A model generated the notes under the pieces. That model was not told where the DNA came from. It saw only the letters and a program-made list of their open reading frames with translations, and did no database searches. A stretch of DNA of 64,000 nt, taken from a virus. Its lineage: Duplodnaviria > Caudoviricetes. The DNA lies in IMG/VR virus record IMGVR_UViG_3300028797_000108, positions 75,106 through 139,105 of that record. One strand, 5' to 3'. This document shows positions 9,372 to 18,306 of the stretch, one piece after another (within the stretch, counting starts at the first letter, position 1; each line of letters begins with the position of its first letter). A program made the position numbers and the translations under genes.

Positions 9372-11345
9372 ATGGCTGAAAAGAACTACTACCTTGATAC
9401 AACTGGCATGGCTTGGGAACCCGTCCTCGCACATGCCCGCAACACTATCGCGGAAGCGATGAAAATTCTGCAGCTTGAACCGGCTGCAATGCTTTACCTT
9501 TCAATTTGTGAAATGGTTCCCATCAATGATAAGGATGTGACGCTGCGTCTTGCGACTGCGAACGCTGGCGGTCAAATTCAGCTCCAGTATAACCCGTATT
9601 GGATTTGCCGTTTGAATGACGCATCCGAATTGGCTTTCGCATTTTTCGGCGAAAGTTTGCGCATCGCCTTGCACCACGCCACTCACCGCCGTGCTATGCC
9701 GGCTGCGCCGCACAAGTTCGCCTCCGACTTGATTTGCTTTGAAAACCAGAAGCTCTTGTCCAAGTGGCGTTCCGATGTTAAAGAAATTTTGAAAAACCTG
9801 CCGTCTTACAGTCAGATCGCCCCTGCCATTGAACCGATGGGCTTCAAGAAGCGCGATATGTGGCAGCTTGAAAAGATCCGCGACTACCTGCGCCGCGTGC
9901 AGGAACAAATGCAACAGAAGAAGCAGGGTCAGGGTCAACCCCAGCAGGGTCAAGGCCAGGGCCAGCAGGGCCAGAGCTCCCAAAATCAAAATGGGCAGGG
10001 CCAGCAGTCGCAGCAGGGCCAAGGACAAGGACAACAGCAACAGTCCGGTCAGGGTCAGGGTCAGCAACAGCAGGGCCAAGGACAAGGACAACAGCAACAG
10101 TCCGGTCAGGGTCAGGGTCAGCAACAGCAGGGCCAAGGACAAGGACAACAGCAACAGCAGCAAGGCCAAGGAAACGGCCAAGGCCAACAGCAGCAGGGTC
10201 AGGGCCAGAACGGTCAGCAACAGCAGGGCCAAGGACAAGGTCAGCAGCAGCAAGGCCAAGGACAGGGACAGGGCCAAGGTCAGAACGGCGAAGGCCAAGA
10301 TCAAAACGGTCAGGGTCAGGGCCAGGGACAGGACGGTCAGGGTCAGGGTCAAAACGGACAAGGCTCCGGTAACGGCCAAGATCAACAGCAGGGCCAGAAC
10401 GGTCAGGGACAAGGTGGCGGCCAAGGCGGCCAGCAGGGTCAAGACCAGGGTCAGGGCGATGACGGTTCTTCCTCGGGTGACCAGGGTGCCAACCAGGGTG
10501 ACCGCAGCGATCCGTCCCACGGTTCCAACGGCCTTGACAGCTCGGCAGACTGCGGTGACCTTCGCGGCGACAATGCTCCGAAGAACAGCAGCAATGATAC
10601 GGGCAACGCCTTGAATGAACACTTTGCGGCTGACGAACGCCACGCTCGTAAGGCTACCCAAGAATGGGGTGAAAACACTCTTGTCCAGCAGGAAATCCGT
10701 AGCATCACCAAGCACCTCGGTTCTAACCCTGAACTTTGGGGTTCCATGCCTGGTGAACTTCAGGAAATGATTCGCCGTGCCAACACGCCGAAGTTTGACC
10801 CGACTCCGATTATCAAGCACTGGAAGCAGACTATTCAGTCTGAAGAATACTATGATACTCGTGCCAAGGCAAACAGACGCCACGGCTTTGACAGACCTGG
10901 CTGGCGCCACAAGATGAAGAGCTCGATGGTGGAATGCGTGGACGCTTCCGGTTCTATGAGCGACCGCGATGTTGCGGCAGGTGAAGCATTTGTGAACCTG
11001 TTCATCAAGCACTGCGAAACTTGGTTCTGTTATTGGGACGCTGCCTGCGGTCCGATTGAACCTGTCAAGAAGAAGCGTAAGGGTGACCTCAACCTCGAGA
11101 ACATGAGAGGCGGTACCGATCCCCGTTGCATCATTGACAGAATTGAAAAGGAAAGATTGCAGTTCGGCGGTATCTTGGTGTTCACTGACTGTGGCTTTGA
11201 CTGGCCGCGTCCGAAGACTAAGTACCTGAACAAGATCTTCATCATCGGCACGGAAAACTGCTGTGCTCCTCCGAGCTGGTGCCGCCACTTCCTGAACATC
11301 AAGGACATCAAGAAGTGGATGAAGGACCAGAACTTCGAGTTCTAA
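9372..11345 (+). CDS. VWA-domain partner of the MoxR ATPase (DUF2201-like) with long Gln/Gly linker
   Basis: C-terminal MIDAS VDASGSM..GGT..VFTD; N-terminal peptidase-like domain (LQYNP) with HExxH position reading GESLR; central Q/G tract. Confidence 0.85.
   Translation: MAEKNYYLDTTGMAWEPVLAHARNTIAEAMKILQLEPAAMLYLSICEMVPINDKDVTLRLATANAGGQIQLQYNPYWICRLNDASELAFAFFGESLRIALHHATHRRAMPAAPHKFASDLICFENQKLLSKWRSDVKEILKNLPSYSQIAPAIEPMGFKKRDMWQLEKIRDYLRRVQEQMQQKKQGQGQPQQGQGQGQQGQSSQNQNGQGQQSQQGQGQGQQQQSGQGQGQQQQGQGQGQQQQSGQGQGQQQQGQGQGQQQQQQGQGNGQGQQQQGQGQNGQQQQGQGQGQQQQGQGQGQGQGQNGEGQDQNGQGQGQGQDGQGQGQNGQGSGNGQDQQQGQNGQGQGGGQGGQQGQDQGQGDDGSSSGDQGANQGDRSDPSHGSNGLDSSADCGDLRGDNAPKNSSNDTGNALNEHFAADERHARKATQEWGENTLVQQEIRSITKHLGSNPELWGSMPGELQEMIRRANTPKFDPTPIIKHWKQTIQSEEYYDTRAKANRRHGFDRPGWRHKMKSSMVECVDASGSMSDRDVAAGEAFVNLFIKHCETWFCYWDAACGPIEPVKKKRKGDLNLENMRGGTDPRCIIDRIEKERLQFGGILVFTDCGFDWPRPKTKYLNKIFIIGTENCCAPPSWCRHFLNIKDIKKWMKDQNFEF
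10014..10157 (+). repeat. 57-bp tandem repeat (about 2.5 copies) inside the Gln/Gly tract
   Basis: CAGGGCCAAGGACAAGGACAACAGCAACAG starts at 10014, 10071, 10128. Confidence 0.9.
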
Positions 11346-11355
11346 GGAGGGCGCC

Positions 11356-12000
11356 ATGAGCTTTACAGACGCCATCAACGAGCGCTGGGTGGAAGAAGGC
11401 TTGAAGTACCAATTCAAGACTGTCCCGAAGGAGGCTCGTGAGTCCTTCTATGTGCCAGACGATCGGAAGAACCCCTACGGAGGCGGCAAATACATTCAGT
11501 CCGGCTTCGAGCACGTAATCTATGTGGAAGACATCCTAGGGCCTAACTGGCTTTACTACAAAGGCTTGCTACCGAAGTGGTATCAGTGGGGTCCATGGAA
11601 GGAGAAAGGTCCTCCGGTTATCCGTTGGGTTCCCAAGGAGCACCCGCTGAACGCTGATGATAACATTCGTGCACGCGTATGGTATCTGATGTGTCCAGCG
11701 GCGTTGAACCTGACAAGTCTATCAATGGACTTCACGGATGACGGCATGATCCTCTATCAGCAGCACCGCCCGTTCCGCGAAAACACCTCTACGGAAATGC
11801 CCGTGGACCCCAAGGATGTAAAGAAGTGCCTTGACAATGTGGTGAGATCAATACGCGGTTTAGAGCGAGTGAAGGAATTTGCCGAGCCATATCTGGTGCA
11901 GATAAATGATGCAGTAACGGGTTTTCGCCAACAAATAAACAAAATAAAGATTAAAAATAGCCTAATAAACGAGCGCGAAAAACCTAAATTTAAGCAGTAA
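11356..12000 (+). CDS. Hypothetical protein
   Basis: AAGGAGG RBS, 214 aa. Confidence 0.8.
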   Translation: MSFTDAINERWVEEGLKYQFKTVPKEARESFYVPDDRKNPYGGGKYIQSGFEHVIYVEDILGPNWLYYKGLLPKWYQWGPWKEKGPPVIRWVPKEHPLNADDNIRARVWYLMCPAALNLTSLSMDFTDDGMILYQQHRPFRENTSTEMPVDPKDVKKCLDNVVRSIRGLERVKEFAEPYLVQINDAVTGFRQQINKIKIKNSLINEREKPKFKQ

Positions 12001-12074
12001 AATTACAGTTTTTGGCAGAAAACCTCGTATTTTATGTTAAAATAAGCGATTGTCCATAATTCCCCTGAATACTC

Positions 12075-12092
12075 TGTAAACGAAAGTTTACA
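12075..12092. promoter_or_regulatory. Palindromic operator-like site TGTAAA-N6-TTTACA (also 13986, 22194, 24537, 27123; N7 variant 16154)
   Basis: Recurrent inverted repeat upstream of early promoters. Confidence 0.65.
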
Positions 12093-12122
12093 GAGTTTTT
12101 TCATATATTTTTGATTTTTCCA

Positions 12123-12162
12123 TTGACGGCGCGGGTGGAATTTGTTATATTTTACTCGTAAA
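12123..12162 (+). promoter_or_regulatory. Early promoter
   Basis: TTGACG-17-TATATT-TTACTCGTAAA. Confidence 0.85.
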
Positions 12163-12178
12163 CCAAGGGAATCTGACT

Positions 12179-12532
12179 ATGAGCAATATCGAGAAATTTT
12201 TCAACGCCGTCACCCACGAGCTTACCCCCGCCATTTTGAACGGCTCTAGCTTCCAGATTATTGACAACTGTTTGAACATTGAAAAGAAAATGCCGAATCC
12301 GGCGCCCTACATGAGCATTCATTCCAAGTTGCTCCATGTCACCGTTGATCCCTATGCAAAGCACCGCGTCGTGATTGACGAGGTTTGGGTCGGCCGCGAC
12401 GGCGAAGGCTCTATGTGGAGCGACAACATGGGCGGTCGCTATATTGACTGCACCGGCAAGAAATACAAAGACGGCGCAAAATTCGTCGCCGACAAGATCA
12501 ATGAATTTTACGGAGAAATGCTCAATGGCTAA
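12179..12532 (+). CDS. Hypothetical early protein
   Basis: Directly behind promoter, AAGGGA RBS. Confidence 0.8.
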   Translation: MSNIEKFFNAVTHELTPAILNGSSFQIIDNCLNIEKKMPNPAPYMSIHSKLLHVTVDPYAKHRVVIDEVWVGRDGEGSMWSDNMGGRYIDCTGKKYKDGAKFVADKINEFYGEMLNG

Positions 12533-12728
12533 GGCAATGATCGGCACTGTCAAGTTTGATACACTTGACTATTTGACCCGCGAAGAAATCATCGAGACCG
12601 CACAGTGGAACGACTTCGCTGCATACGTCTTTGAGGTGTTCAACTTTGACTTGACGCATTGCCCGTCTACCGCACTTTTCTCTATCACCGACATGCTCGA
12701 ATGGGCTGACTCTTACAGAGGTATCTAA
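12525..12728 (+). CDS. Small hypothetical protein
   Basis: GGAGA RBS, overlaps upstream stop, starts MAKAMIG. Confidence 0.7.
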   Translation: MAKAMIGTVKFDTLDYLTREEIIETAQWNDFAAYVFEVFNFDLTHCPSTALFSITDMLEWADSYRGI

Positions 12729-12729
12729 C

Positions 12730-12828
12730 ATGAAGAAAATCAAATTTTACACCACCAAGGCAATGCTCGCCATCGCTTGCGTGCCCGTTGACTTCCTCGC
12801 CTTAATCGTCTGGAGTTGCTGTGGCTGA
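12730..12828 (+). CDS. 32-aa hydrophobic peptide
   Basis: GAGG RBS; MKKIKFYTTKAMLAIACVPVDFLALIVWSCCG fills the gap between two genes. Confidence 0.5.
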   Translation: MKKIKFYTTKAMLAIACVPVDFLALIVWSCCG

Positions 12829-13528
12829 TATTCGTATACATAAGCACTTCACCGACATTACGCTTGCGACCGATAACCCAGGCCGTCAGCTCTGGTGGTA
12901 TGAGGTGATGACCCAGCTGGAGAAGGAGCCGTTCGCAGTCATTAAGATCGGCGTTCCGATGCCGCCACTTTGCGGTGCTTACTTCGGCGTTCGTAAGGGT
13001 ATCACCACGCTCTGCCTTTCAGCGGAAGCAGCCACCTTTGAAGACAATATGATCACCTTTGCCGATGATCGGTATTTCGCCATGTTTGTCCACGAAGCGA
13101 GCCACTTCCAGCACTTCTGCGTTGACCGCGGAACATTCAAGTCGCCGTCGCTTATCAACAAGTGTCCGATTGATTTTGACAGAATGGACCAGATTGCCAG
13201 CGGGGATAATCTTGTTGACCGTGTGAGCAATTCAGAGCTCCGTGACATTGAATATGAAGCCGGCTGGCGAGCAATGTTCAGCGACAAGAAGTTCAAGCTT
13301 TTCCCGGGATCAAGGCTTTTGCTCGAAATGATGATGGGCAACCTGTTCCTGTATGACATCAAGAACCAGACCGTTGAATGGGCCACCAAGATGAGAGAAC
13401 TTCTCGCAAACGGCGAAGACATTCAGGAATGGCTCGTAAAGAATTCGCTGCCCCTCTACAAGAAGTATTCTGAATGGGCAGACCCAAACCACATTATCAA
13501 AGGAGTATTAAATGATGAAGCTGTATGA
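12821..13528 (+). CDS. Putative zincin-type metallopeptidase-like protein
   Basis: FVHEASH (HExxH) and downstream EYEA. Confidence 0.6.
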   Translation: MADIRIHKHFTDITLATDNPGRQLWWYEVMTQLEKEPFAVIKIGVPMPPLCGAYFGVRKGITTLCLSAEAATFEDNMITFADDRYFAMFVHEASHFQHFCVDRGTFKSPSLINKCPIDFDRMDQIASGDNLVDRVSNSELRDIEYEAGWRAMFSDKKFKLFPGSRLLLEMMMGNLFLYDIKNQTVEWATKMRELLANGEDIQEWLVKNSLPLYKKYSEWADPNHIIKGVLNDEAV

Positions 13529-13787
13529 CACTTTCCAGGAAGACTGCCTTCTTGCCATCCGTAAGATCAAGGAGGCGAAGACCACCGAAGATCGGATCAA
13601 GGCGTCACTCAACCTCGCAAAGATCAAGGTTGACTATTACGAACAGCACGCCAACGCGGACGGAATCAAGAAGAATCAGGAGTACTATGCTTCGCAGCTG
13701 AAGAATGCACTCTGGAGCTATCAGGCGGTTCTTGATGAAGCTCATGATGCCGGCGTATGTTTGGCCGGATTGACCTACGCGGCGTAA
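13512..13787 (+). CDS. Hypothetical protein
   Basis: AAGGAG RBS. Confidence 0.75.
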   Translation: MMKLYDTFQEDCLLAIRKIKEAKTTEDRIKASLNLAKIKVDYYEQHANADGIKKNQEYYASQLKNALWSYQAVLDEAHDAGVCLAGLTYAA

Positions 13788-13796
13788 AATTTACCC

Positions 13797-13836
13797 TTGA
13801 CAGATGTCGGAATAGTTGTTATATTTTACCTGTAAA
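13797..13836 (+). promoter_or_regulatory. Early promoter
   Basis: TTGACA-17-TATATT. Confidence 0.8.
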
Positions 13837-13849
13837 ATTGAGGTGATTT

Positions 13850-13990
13850 ATGACAAAAGCTAAAGAATCTGAACGCCAGCGCTCCGAACGCATTCAAAAC
13901 AGTAACAACGGAGCAACGCTTCGCACCCGCACGGTGCCCAATAAGAAGGGCTACAAGCGCAAAAAGAAGGTTGACGAGGAAGATCTGTAA
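13850..13990 (+). CDS. 46-aa basic peptide with its own promoter
   Basis: GAGGTG RBS; MTKAKESERQ...LRTRTVPNKKGYKRKKKVDEEDL. Confidence 0.7.
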   Translation: MTKAKESERQRSERIQNSNNGATLRTRTVPNKKGYKRKKKVDEEDL

Positions 13991-14022
13991 ACGAAAATTT
14001 ACATTTTTTCCCATTTTAACCC

Positions 14023-14062
14023 TTGACAAGATCCGCGACAGTTGTTAAATTTTAACTGTAAA
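14023..14062 (+). promoter_or_regulatory. Early promoter
   Basis: TTGACA-17-TAAATT variant. Confidence 0.7.
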
Positions 14063-14081
14063 ATTGAATTAGAGGTGTCTC

Positions 14082-14681
14082 ATGGCTAACTTTACCCCGT
14101 TCCGACAGATTGACAAACTTGCACAGCGCAACTTCAAGACCGACTTCTATGGCCTTGACGGCATTTGGTTCAATAAGATCTACGGGCGCTATGTTGAGCC
14201 CTCTAAGAAGGTGCCGTCTGAAGGCTGGGAATTGACTGATCTCAAGCAGCATATTGTCTACGGGTTCCGCTATCATACCCGCATGCCGCACGCTGACTAC
14301 GAGAAGAACGCCACCCGTGTGGTTGAACTGCTCTCGCAGGCGTTCAACGCCATCAATAAGGCCAACAAGAAGGCCGCCCTCATGGCGGAAGCTGCGGGCC
14401 AGTTGAGCTTTGACGCCATCAAGGCGAAGTTCAACAAGATCGCCTATATTGAAAAGTGCTGCAAGAAGTTCCACAAGGTTCACCTCGTTGTTGAGGTAAA
14501 TGATGACGGCAGCTGGCGTTATGACAACAGCTGGGAAAAGCTTGACAACAAGGAGTACTACTCCGTTGATGATGTCAAGGCAGTCGTTAACAAGCTCGTG
14601 GACAACCGCTGCGCATGGTATGATCAGCGCAAGCAGCTGATGCTTGGGATCAAGGCGAAGGCGGCTGCCGTGGAAATTTAA
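14082..14681 (+). CDS. Hypothetical early protein
   Basis: GAGGTG RBS, 199 aa. Confidence 0.8.
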   Translation: MANFTPFRQIDKLAQRNFKTDFYGLDGIWFNKIYGRYVEPSKKVPSEGWELTDLKQHIVYGFRYHTRMPHADYEKNATRVVELLSQAFNAINKANKKAALMAEAAGQLSFDAIKAKFNKIAYIEKCCKKFHKVHLVVEVNDDGSWRYDNSWEKLDNKEYYSVDDVKAVVNKLVDNRCAWYDQRKQLMLGIKAKAAAVEI

Positions 14682-14694
14682 TTCAAATTTACCA

Positions 14695-14730
14695 TTGACG
14701 GAGATTTGAAAATTTGTTAAATTATAAATA
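14695..14730 (+). promoter_or_regulatory. Early promoter overlapping a TATAAATA late promoter
   Basis: TTGACG-17-TAAATT; TATAAATA at 14723-14730. Confidence 0.65.
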
Positions 14731-14753
14731 CTTACAACTGAGAGGTTGAACTC

Positions 14754-15176
14754 ATGATGACAAAAGACGAAGTTATCGCTTGGATGCGAGACACGGCGTC
14801 ACTGTCAGGCTTGAACTTTGAGACCGAGAGTGCTATGAACGGTACTCGCTATCACCTATTGAAGCGAGTCCAGAAATACAATTCTTGGATGGGTAACATG
14901 CGTGACGTAATGTTCGCCACTTTTTACGAAGATGGCAGCATGACCTTGCATCACCCACACAATTTCAGGTTCAGTCAAAAGGATGAACTTATTGACTACG
15001 AACGGACATACGCAGAAGGTTTCGGCGATCTGAACGAAATTGATCCTAAGGTCCTGAATGAATACCGAGCATATGTATGTAAGGGCGCAGCCGATATGGA
15101 CAAGCAAAAAGTGCTAGGCCATCAGGAACGTAAGATCAAACAGCTCCGCGCCGAAAGGGCGAATGGATTGAAATAA
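14754..15176 (+). CDS. Hypothetical protein
   Basis: GAGAGG RBS, 140 aa. Confidence 0.8.
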   Translation: MMTKDEVIAWMRDTASLSGLNFETESAMNGTRYHLLKRVQKYNSWMGNMRDVMFATFYEDGSMTLHHPHNFRFSQKDELIDYERTYAEGFGDLNEIDPKVLNEYRAYVCKGAADMDKQKVLGHQERKIKQLRAERANGLK

Positions 15177-15192
15177 CAACAAGAGGCAAAAG

Positions 15193-15342
15193 ATGAAACA
15201 GAAACGTGAAAAACATATTGAAACTCAAGAAGAAAAAGAAGCTCGCTGGGCAAAAGCCAAAAAGCAAGCGAGGTCTTTTGCCAGACAAGCGGGCATAAAG
15301 ATTGACCGCAAACCGAAGCTTACAGAATTATACGACTACTAG
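15193..15342 (+). CDS. 49-aa basic peptide
   Basis: GAGG RBS, ends just before the first tRNA. Confidence 0.6.
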   Translation: MKQKREKHIETQEEKEARWAKAKKQARSFARQAGIKIDRKPKLTELYDY

Positions 15343-15347
15343 TCTCA

Positions 15348-15431
15348 GGCCTTATGGCGGAACTGGTAGACGCTGGGGACTTAAAATCCCCTGCCAGTAA
15401 TGGCGTCCGGGTTCGAGTCCCGGTGGGGCCA
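15348..15431 (+). tRNA. tRNA-Leu(TAA)
   Basis: Cloverleaf, GGGGA-CTTAAAA-TCCCC, long variable arm. Confidence 0.95.
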
Positions 15432-15440
15432 TACATTTTT

Positions 15441-15571
15441 CGGGCGATAGTTCAAGCGGTCGGGAATACTTTCCGAGTAAAACAGAACGATCTCAGACCT
15501 TCGTGCTAGGTCGCGAGAAAACACGAAGTTAGGACGATAGACTTCCCTGGGTTCAAGTCCTGGGGCGCTCG
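15441..15571 (+). ncRNA. tRNA-like RNA with expanded multi-hairpin centre
   Basis: 5' CGGGCGATAGTTCAAGCGG, 3' T-arm CTGGG-TTCAAGT-CCTGG and acceptor strand, followed by CTA; no anticodon loop. Confidence 0.55.
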
Positions 15572-15582
15572 CTAGCTTTTAT

Positions 15583-15656
15583 ACCCTAGTAGCTCAACTG
15601 GATAGAGCAACGCTCTTCTAAAGCGTGGGTTGCAGGTTCGAGTCCTGCCTAGGGTA
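15583..15656 (+). tRNA. tRNA-Arg(TCT)
   Basis: ACGCT-CTTCTAA-AGCGT. Confidence 0.95.
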
Positions 15657-15663
15657 CTTCTTT

Positions 15664-15735
15664 GAGGGTAAAGCTTTGACGGTGAAGCAATAGACTTTTA
15701 ATCTATGGAACCGGCTTCGAGCTCCGGTACCCTCA
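15664..15735 (+). tRNA. tRNA-Lys(TTT)
   Basis: ATAGA-CTTTTAA-TCTAT; atypical T-arm. Confidence 0.85.
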
Positions 15736-15745
15736 CTAAATTTCT

Positions 15746-15816
15746 TGCCGGTTCGTATAGCGGTAGTATAGGGGACTTTGAATCCTTTGGCGTTGGTCCG
15801 ACTCCAGCACCGGCAG
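15746..15816 (+). tRNA. tRNA-Gln(TTG)
   Basis: GGGGA-CTTTGAA-TCCTT. Confidence 0.9.
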
Positions 15817-15880
15817 CTATAGATCACGAGGTGTGCAAATCCCTCAAGCAGAGTGAACTGCGATAACAAGTTAAACTCAA

Positions 15881-15953
15881 CGGCAGATAGCACAATGGTT
15901 AGTGCAGCGGACTCATAACCCGCCGGTTGAAGGTTCAAATCCTTCTTTGCCGA
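15881..15953 (+). tRNA. tRNA-CAT (Ile2 or elongator Met)
   Basis: GCGGA-CTCATAA-CCCGC. Confidence 0.9.
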
Positions 15954-16014
15954 TAGTTAATAAACTGTTGATAAAACTGTGCATTAACTGTATAATTCAA
16001 ATTTTGAACTATTC

Positions 16015-16040
16015 ATGGCGCCCTAAAAAGCGCCATTTTT
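16015..16040 (+). terminator. Rho-independent terminator
   Basis: ATGGCGC...GCGCCAT-TTTT. Confidence 0.65.
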
Positions 16041-16181
16041 CTATCTCAAAACGATGAAATTTAAGCAGTTATATTACAGTAATTTACAGTAAACCGCGTA
16101 GATTGTGTTGATTTAAGCACTGTTGATATATTGTCAATTTGATCATAAATCACTGTAAATAAAAAATTTACATTTCTACCA

Positions 16182-16221
16182 TTGACGGACTTCCAGATAG
16201 TTGTTATATTTTACTCGTAAA
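16182..16221 (+). promoter_or_regulatory. Early promoter
   Basis: TTGACG-17-TATATT-TTACTCGTAAA. Confidence 0.85.
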
Positions 16222-16246
16222 TTGAAAACAACAAGGAAACTGGAAT

Positions 16247-16438
16247 ATGAACAAACAAGAACTGATCCGCGCGCTGATTGAAACCGCCGAAAAGGAAGGC
16301 TCAAACATTCATTTTGACCATCAATTTGGGTGGGACGGTTTTGTTGATTCCAACGGCGAATTCTGGGCTACCGACGGTCACTCCGTCTCCGAAATTTGTC
16401 GCAGAATTTTCAGTGCCTGTCAGGAAGAATTCATCTAA
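16247..16438 (+). CDS. Small hypothetical protein
   Basis: Behind promoter, AAGGA RBS. Confidence 0.75.
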   Translation: MNKQELIRALIETAEKEGSNIHFDHQFGWDGFVDSNGEFWATDGHSVSEICRRIFSACQEEFI

Positions 16439-16450
16439 GGAGAACCGACA

Positions 16451-17023
16451 ATGATTTTGAAAATCAACTACGCTCGTGCCCTTTACGTTGAATCTGACAC
16501 GATCTATCCGGAAGGTCCCAACAGCGACCACACCTATCAAACGGTGCGCTGCGACGGCCGCATCCGCAAGACCTGTTGGTTCCGCCTCGGTGAAGCATTC
16601 TTGAAGTTCCCCGAACATCGCGCGGTCACCCGCAAGGAAATCGCCGCAGTGATGGAACATACCTTCAGCCCTGACGGCACAAAGGATTGGGGCACGGGTA
16701 TCTGGAGTCCGGATATGTGGACGACCTTCGTTCATGATGGCTTCATCAAGAAGTTTCAGAACGGAAATCGCTTCACCTATATGCTCTCCGATTGGGGTCG
16801 CAGGACTACCATCGCAGCGCAGCGCGACTTCAGCAAGGAATTCACGAAGGCAACGCTTCGCATTCAGGCTATGCCCAAATCGGTTGAAGAAGCCAAGCAG
16901 CTCGTCAAGATCAAGTTTGACAAGCACGAGAATTACCTCGCCCGCAAGGCCGCAGGTTTTCCGAAAAAGAAGGCTCGCCTCGCAAAGGCTGCCCTCCGCG
17001 CTGAAGCAAAAATTTTGAAATAA
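16451..17023 (+). CDS. Hypothetical basic protein
   Basis: AAGGAG RBS, 190 aa. Confidence 0.8.
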   Translation: MILKINYARALYVESDTIYPEGPNSDHTYQTVRCDGRIRKTCWFRLGEAFLKFPEHRAVTRKEIAAVMEHTFSPDGTKDWGTGIWSPDMWTTFVHDGFIKKFQNGNRFTYMLSDWGRRTTIAAQRDFSKEFTKATLRIQAMPKSVEEAKQLVKIKFDKHENYLARKAAGFPKKKARLAKAALRAEAKILK

Positions 17024-17048
17024 AATGAAAAAAATTCAAAATTTACCC

Positions 17049-17088
17049 TTGACAGTTCAAAATTAAATTGTTATATTTTAACTGTTGA
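17049..17088 (+). promoter_or_regulatory. Early promoter with no downstream ORF
   Basis: TTGACA-17-TATATT. Confidence 0.75.
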
Positions 17089-17094
17089 AATTGA

Positions 17095-17372
17095 ACAACT
17101 ACTGCCTCTGGTTCAACGCCGCGGGCCACGCAGGACAACAAAAACCCACGCGGTTCACCTACTGCCCATCCTAGGAAGGGCGACAACTTGGAGATTGAAA
17201 TGAAACTTTTGACGTGTATGTAGAACGGTTTGAGCTTTCATCGTATCAGCTCATCAATGATTGGGGCGATGAAGGCGAGCGGATTTTGATCCCACCGTTG
17301 CGGTAGGCCTAGATGAGCGTTGCTCGAGTTGCAGAAGATCCTCGGAAAAATCTTCACGGGCGTCACCCGGAA
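17095..17372 (+). ncRNA. Candidate structured ncRNA
   Basis: Between two promoters, no substantial ORF, several hairpins. Confidence 0.4.
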
Positions 17373-17391
17373 AAAATTGACAAAAATACCC

Positions 17392-17425
17392 TTGACAGTT
17401 TCAGAAAACTATTTTATATTTGATA
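17392..17425 (+). promoter_or_regulatory. Promoter of main tRNA cluster; late promoter TATAAATA also at 17507-17514
   Basis: TTGACA-17-TATATT. Confidence 0.75.
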
Positions 17426-17532
17426 CTGTCAAAACAAAATCAATCCCGAGCGGATTTGATTGCAGCTTGAAATAGCGGAAACACAAGATTTTGAAAAGTT
17501 GTTGTTTATAAATATGAATAACAACTGAACAT

Positions 17533-17605
17533 GCCTCGGTGGCGCAATTGGTAGCGCAGCGGACTCTTAATCCGTGGGTTGAAGGTTCGAGTCCTTCCCG
17601 GGGCA
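17533..17605 (+). tRNA. tRNA-Lys(CTT)
   Basis: GCGGA-CTCTTAA-TCCGT. Confidence 0.95.
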
Positions 17606-18221
17606 CTACTGGACAAGATCGCGTCAAACTGAAGAGGATTGTTAGTAGTAGCGAAGTACAAGCTATGAACAGGGTTGCTAGTAGGTTTGATGGCAACGCG
17701 TGCAGACCCCACCGATGAGGAGGGGTGAACTGCAGAGGAACCCGACCTGGGGGCGCATCGGGGTGAGTCTTGACAATTTGATGAAAGCGAATCATCGCAA
17801 GTCGTTGGATGTAGTTATAAATGGAAAAACAGGGTCCGCTTCGGCGAGCTCATAATTGTGGGTCCGACTCCCACCGTCCGTAAAACGATTCTGTGAGTAG
17901 TCAAAGGGCTAATCTAAAGCTTGCCTCCAATGCGAAAAAAGCTGAGCGTGCCACCGGCGAGCGATGGTGGGGTTACAGCATAACCACAAAGCTGCACAAT
18001 GCAAGATCGCCTTCGGCAGATAGTTCAAGCGTAGAACATCGGGTTGTCCCCGAAGATTACTGGGTAAAAGCCAAGGCTACCAGAAGTCACCGATTGTTGC
18101 ATATCCTGCTTGGGTCGCGGTTGGTCCCGTGAGACTCGCTCAGGCTTGGTTGAAGGTTCAACAAGTAAAAGAGGACTTAGGCTTGCTTGGCGCCTTAAGC
18201 CTAACCAGCACAAGCATTATT

Positions 18222-18295
18222 GGGGTCATAGCTCAATTTGGTAGAGCACTAGCTTTGCAAGCTAGGGGTTCCGGGTTCGAGTCCCGGTGGCTCCA
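18222..18295 (+). tRNA. tRNA-Ala(TGC)
   Basis: CTAGC-TTTGCAA-GCTAG, G3-U70. Confidence 0.95.
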
Positions 18296-18306
18296 CGAAA
18301 CATTTC

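Noticed and set aside
7882-11417. Long minus-strand ORFs (479 aa, 638 aa) opposite the MoxR and VWA genes; similar shadows at 5085-6008, 25634-26332, 27519-28307
   Set aside because: Antisense shadows produced by strong codon bias and the Gln/Gly repeat; no RBS, promoter or motifs.
17625-17790. Hammerhead ribozyme (CTGAAGAG ... GAAA)
   Set aside because: I could not build the three stems around the core.
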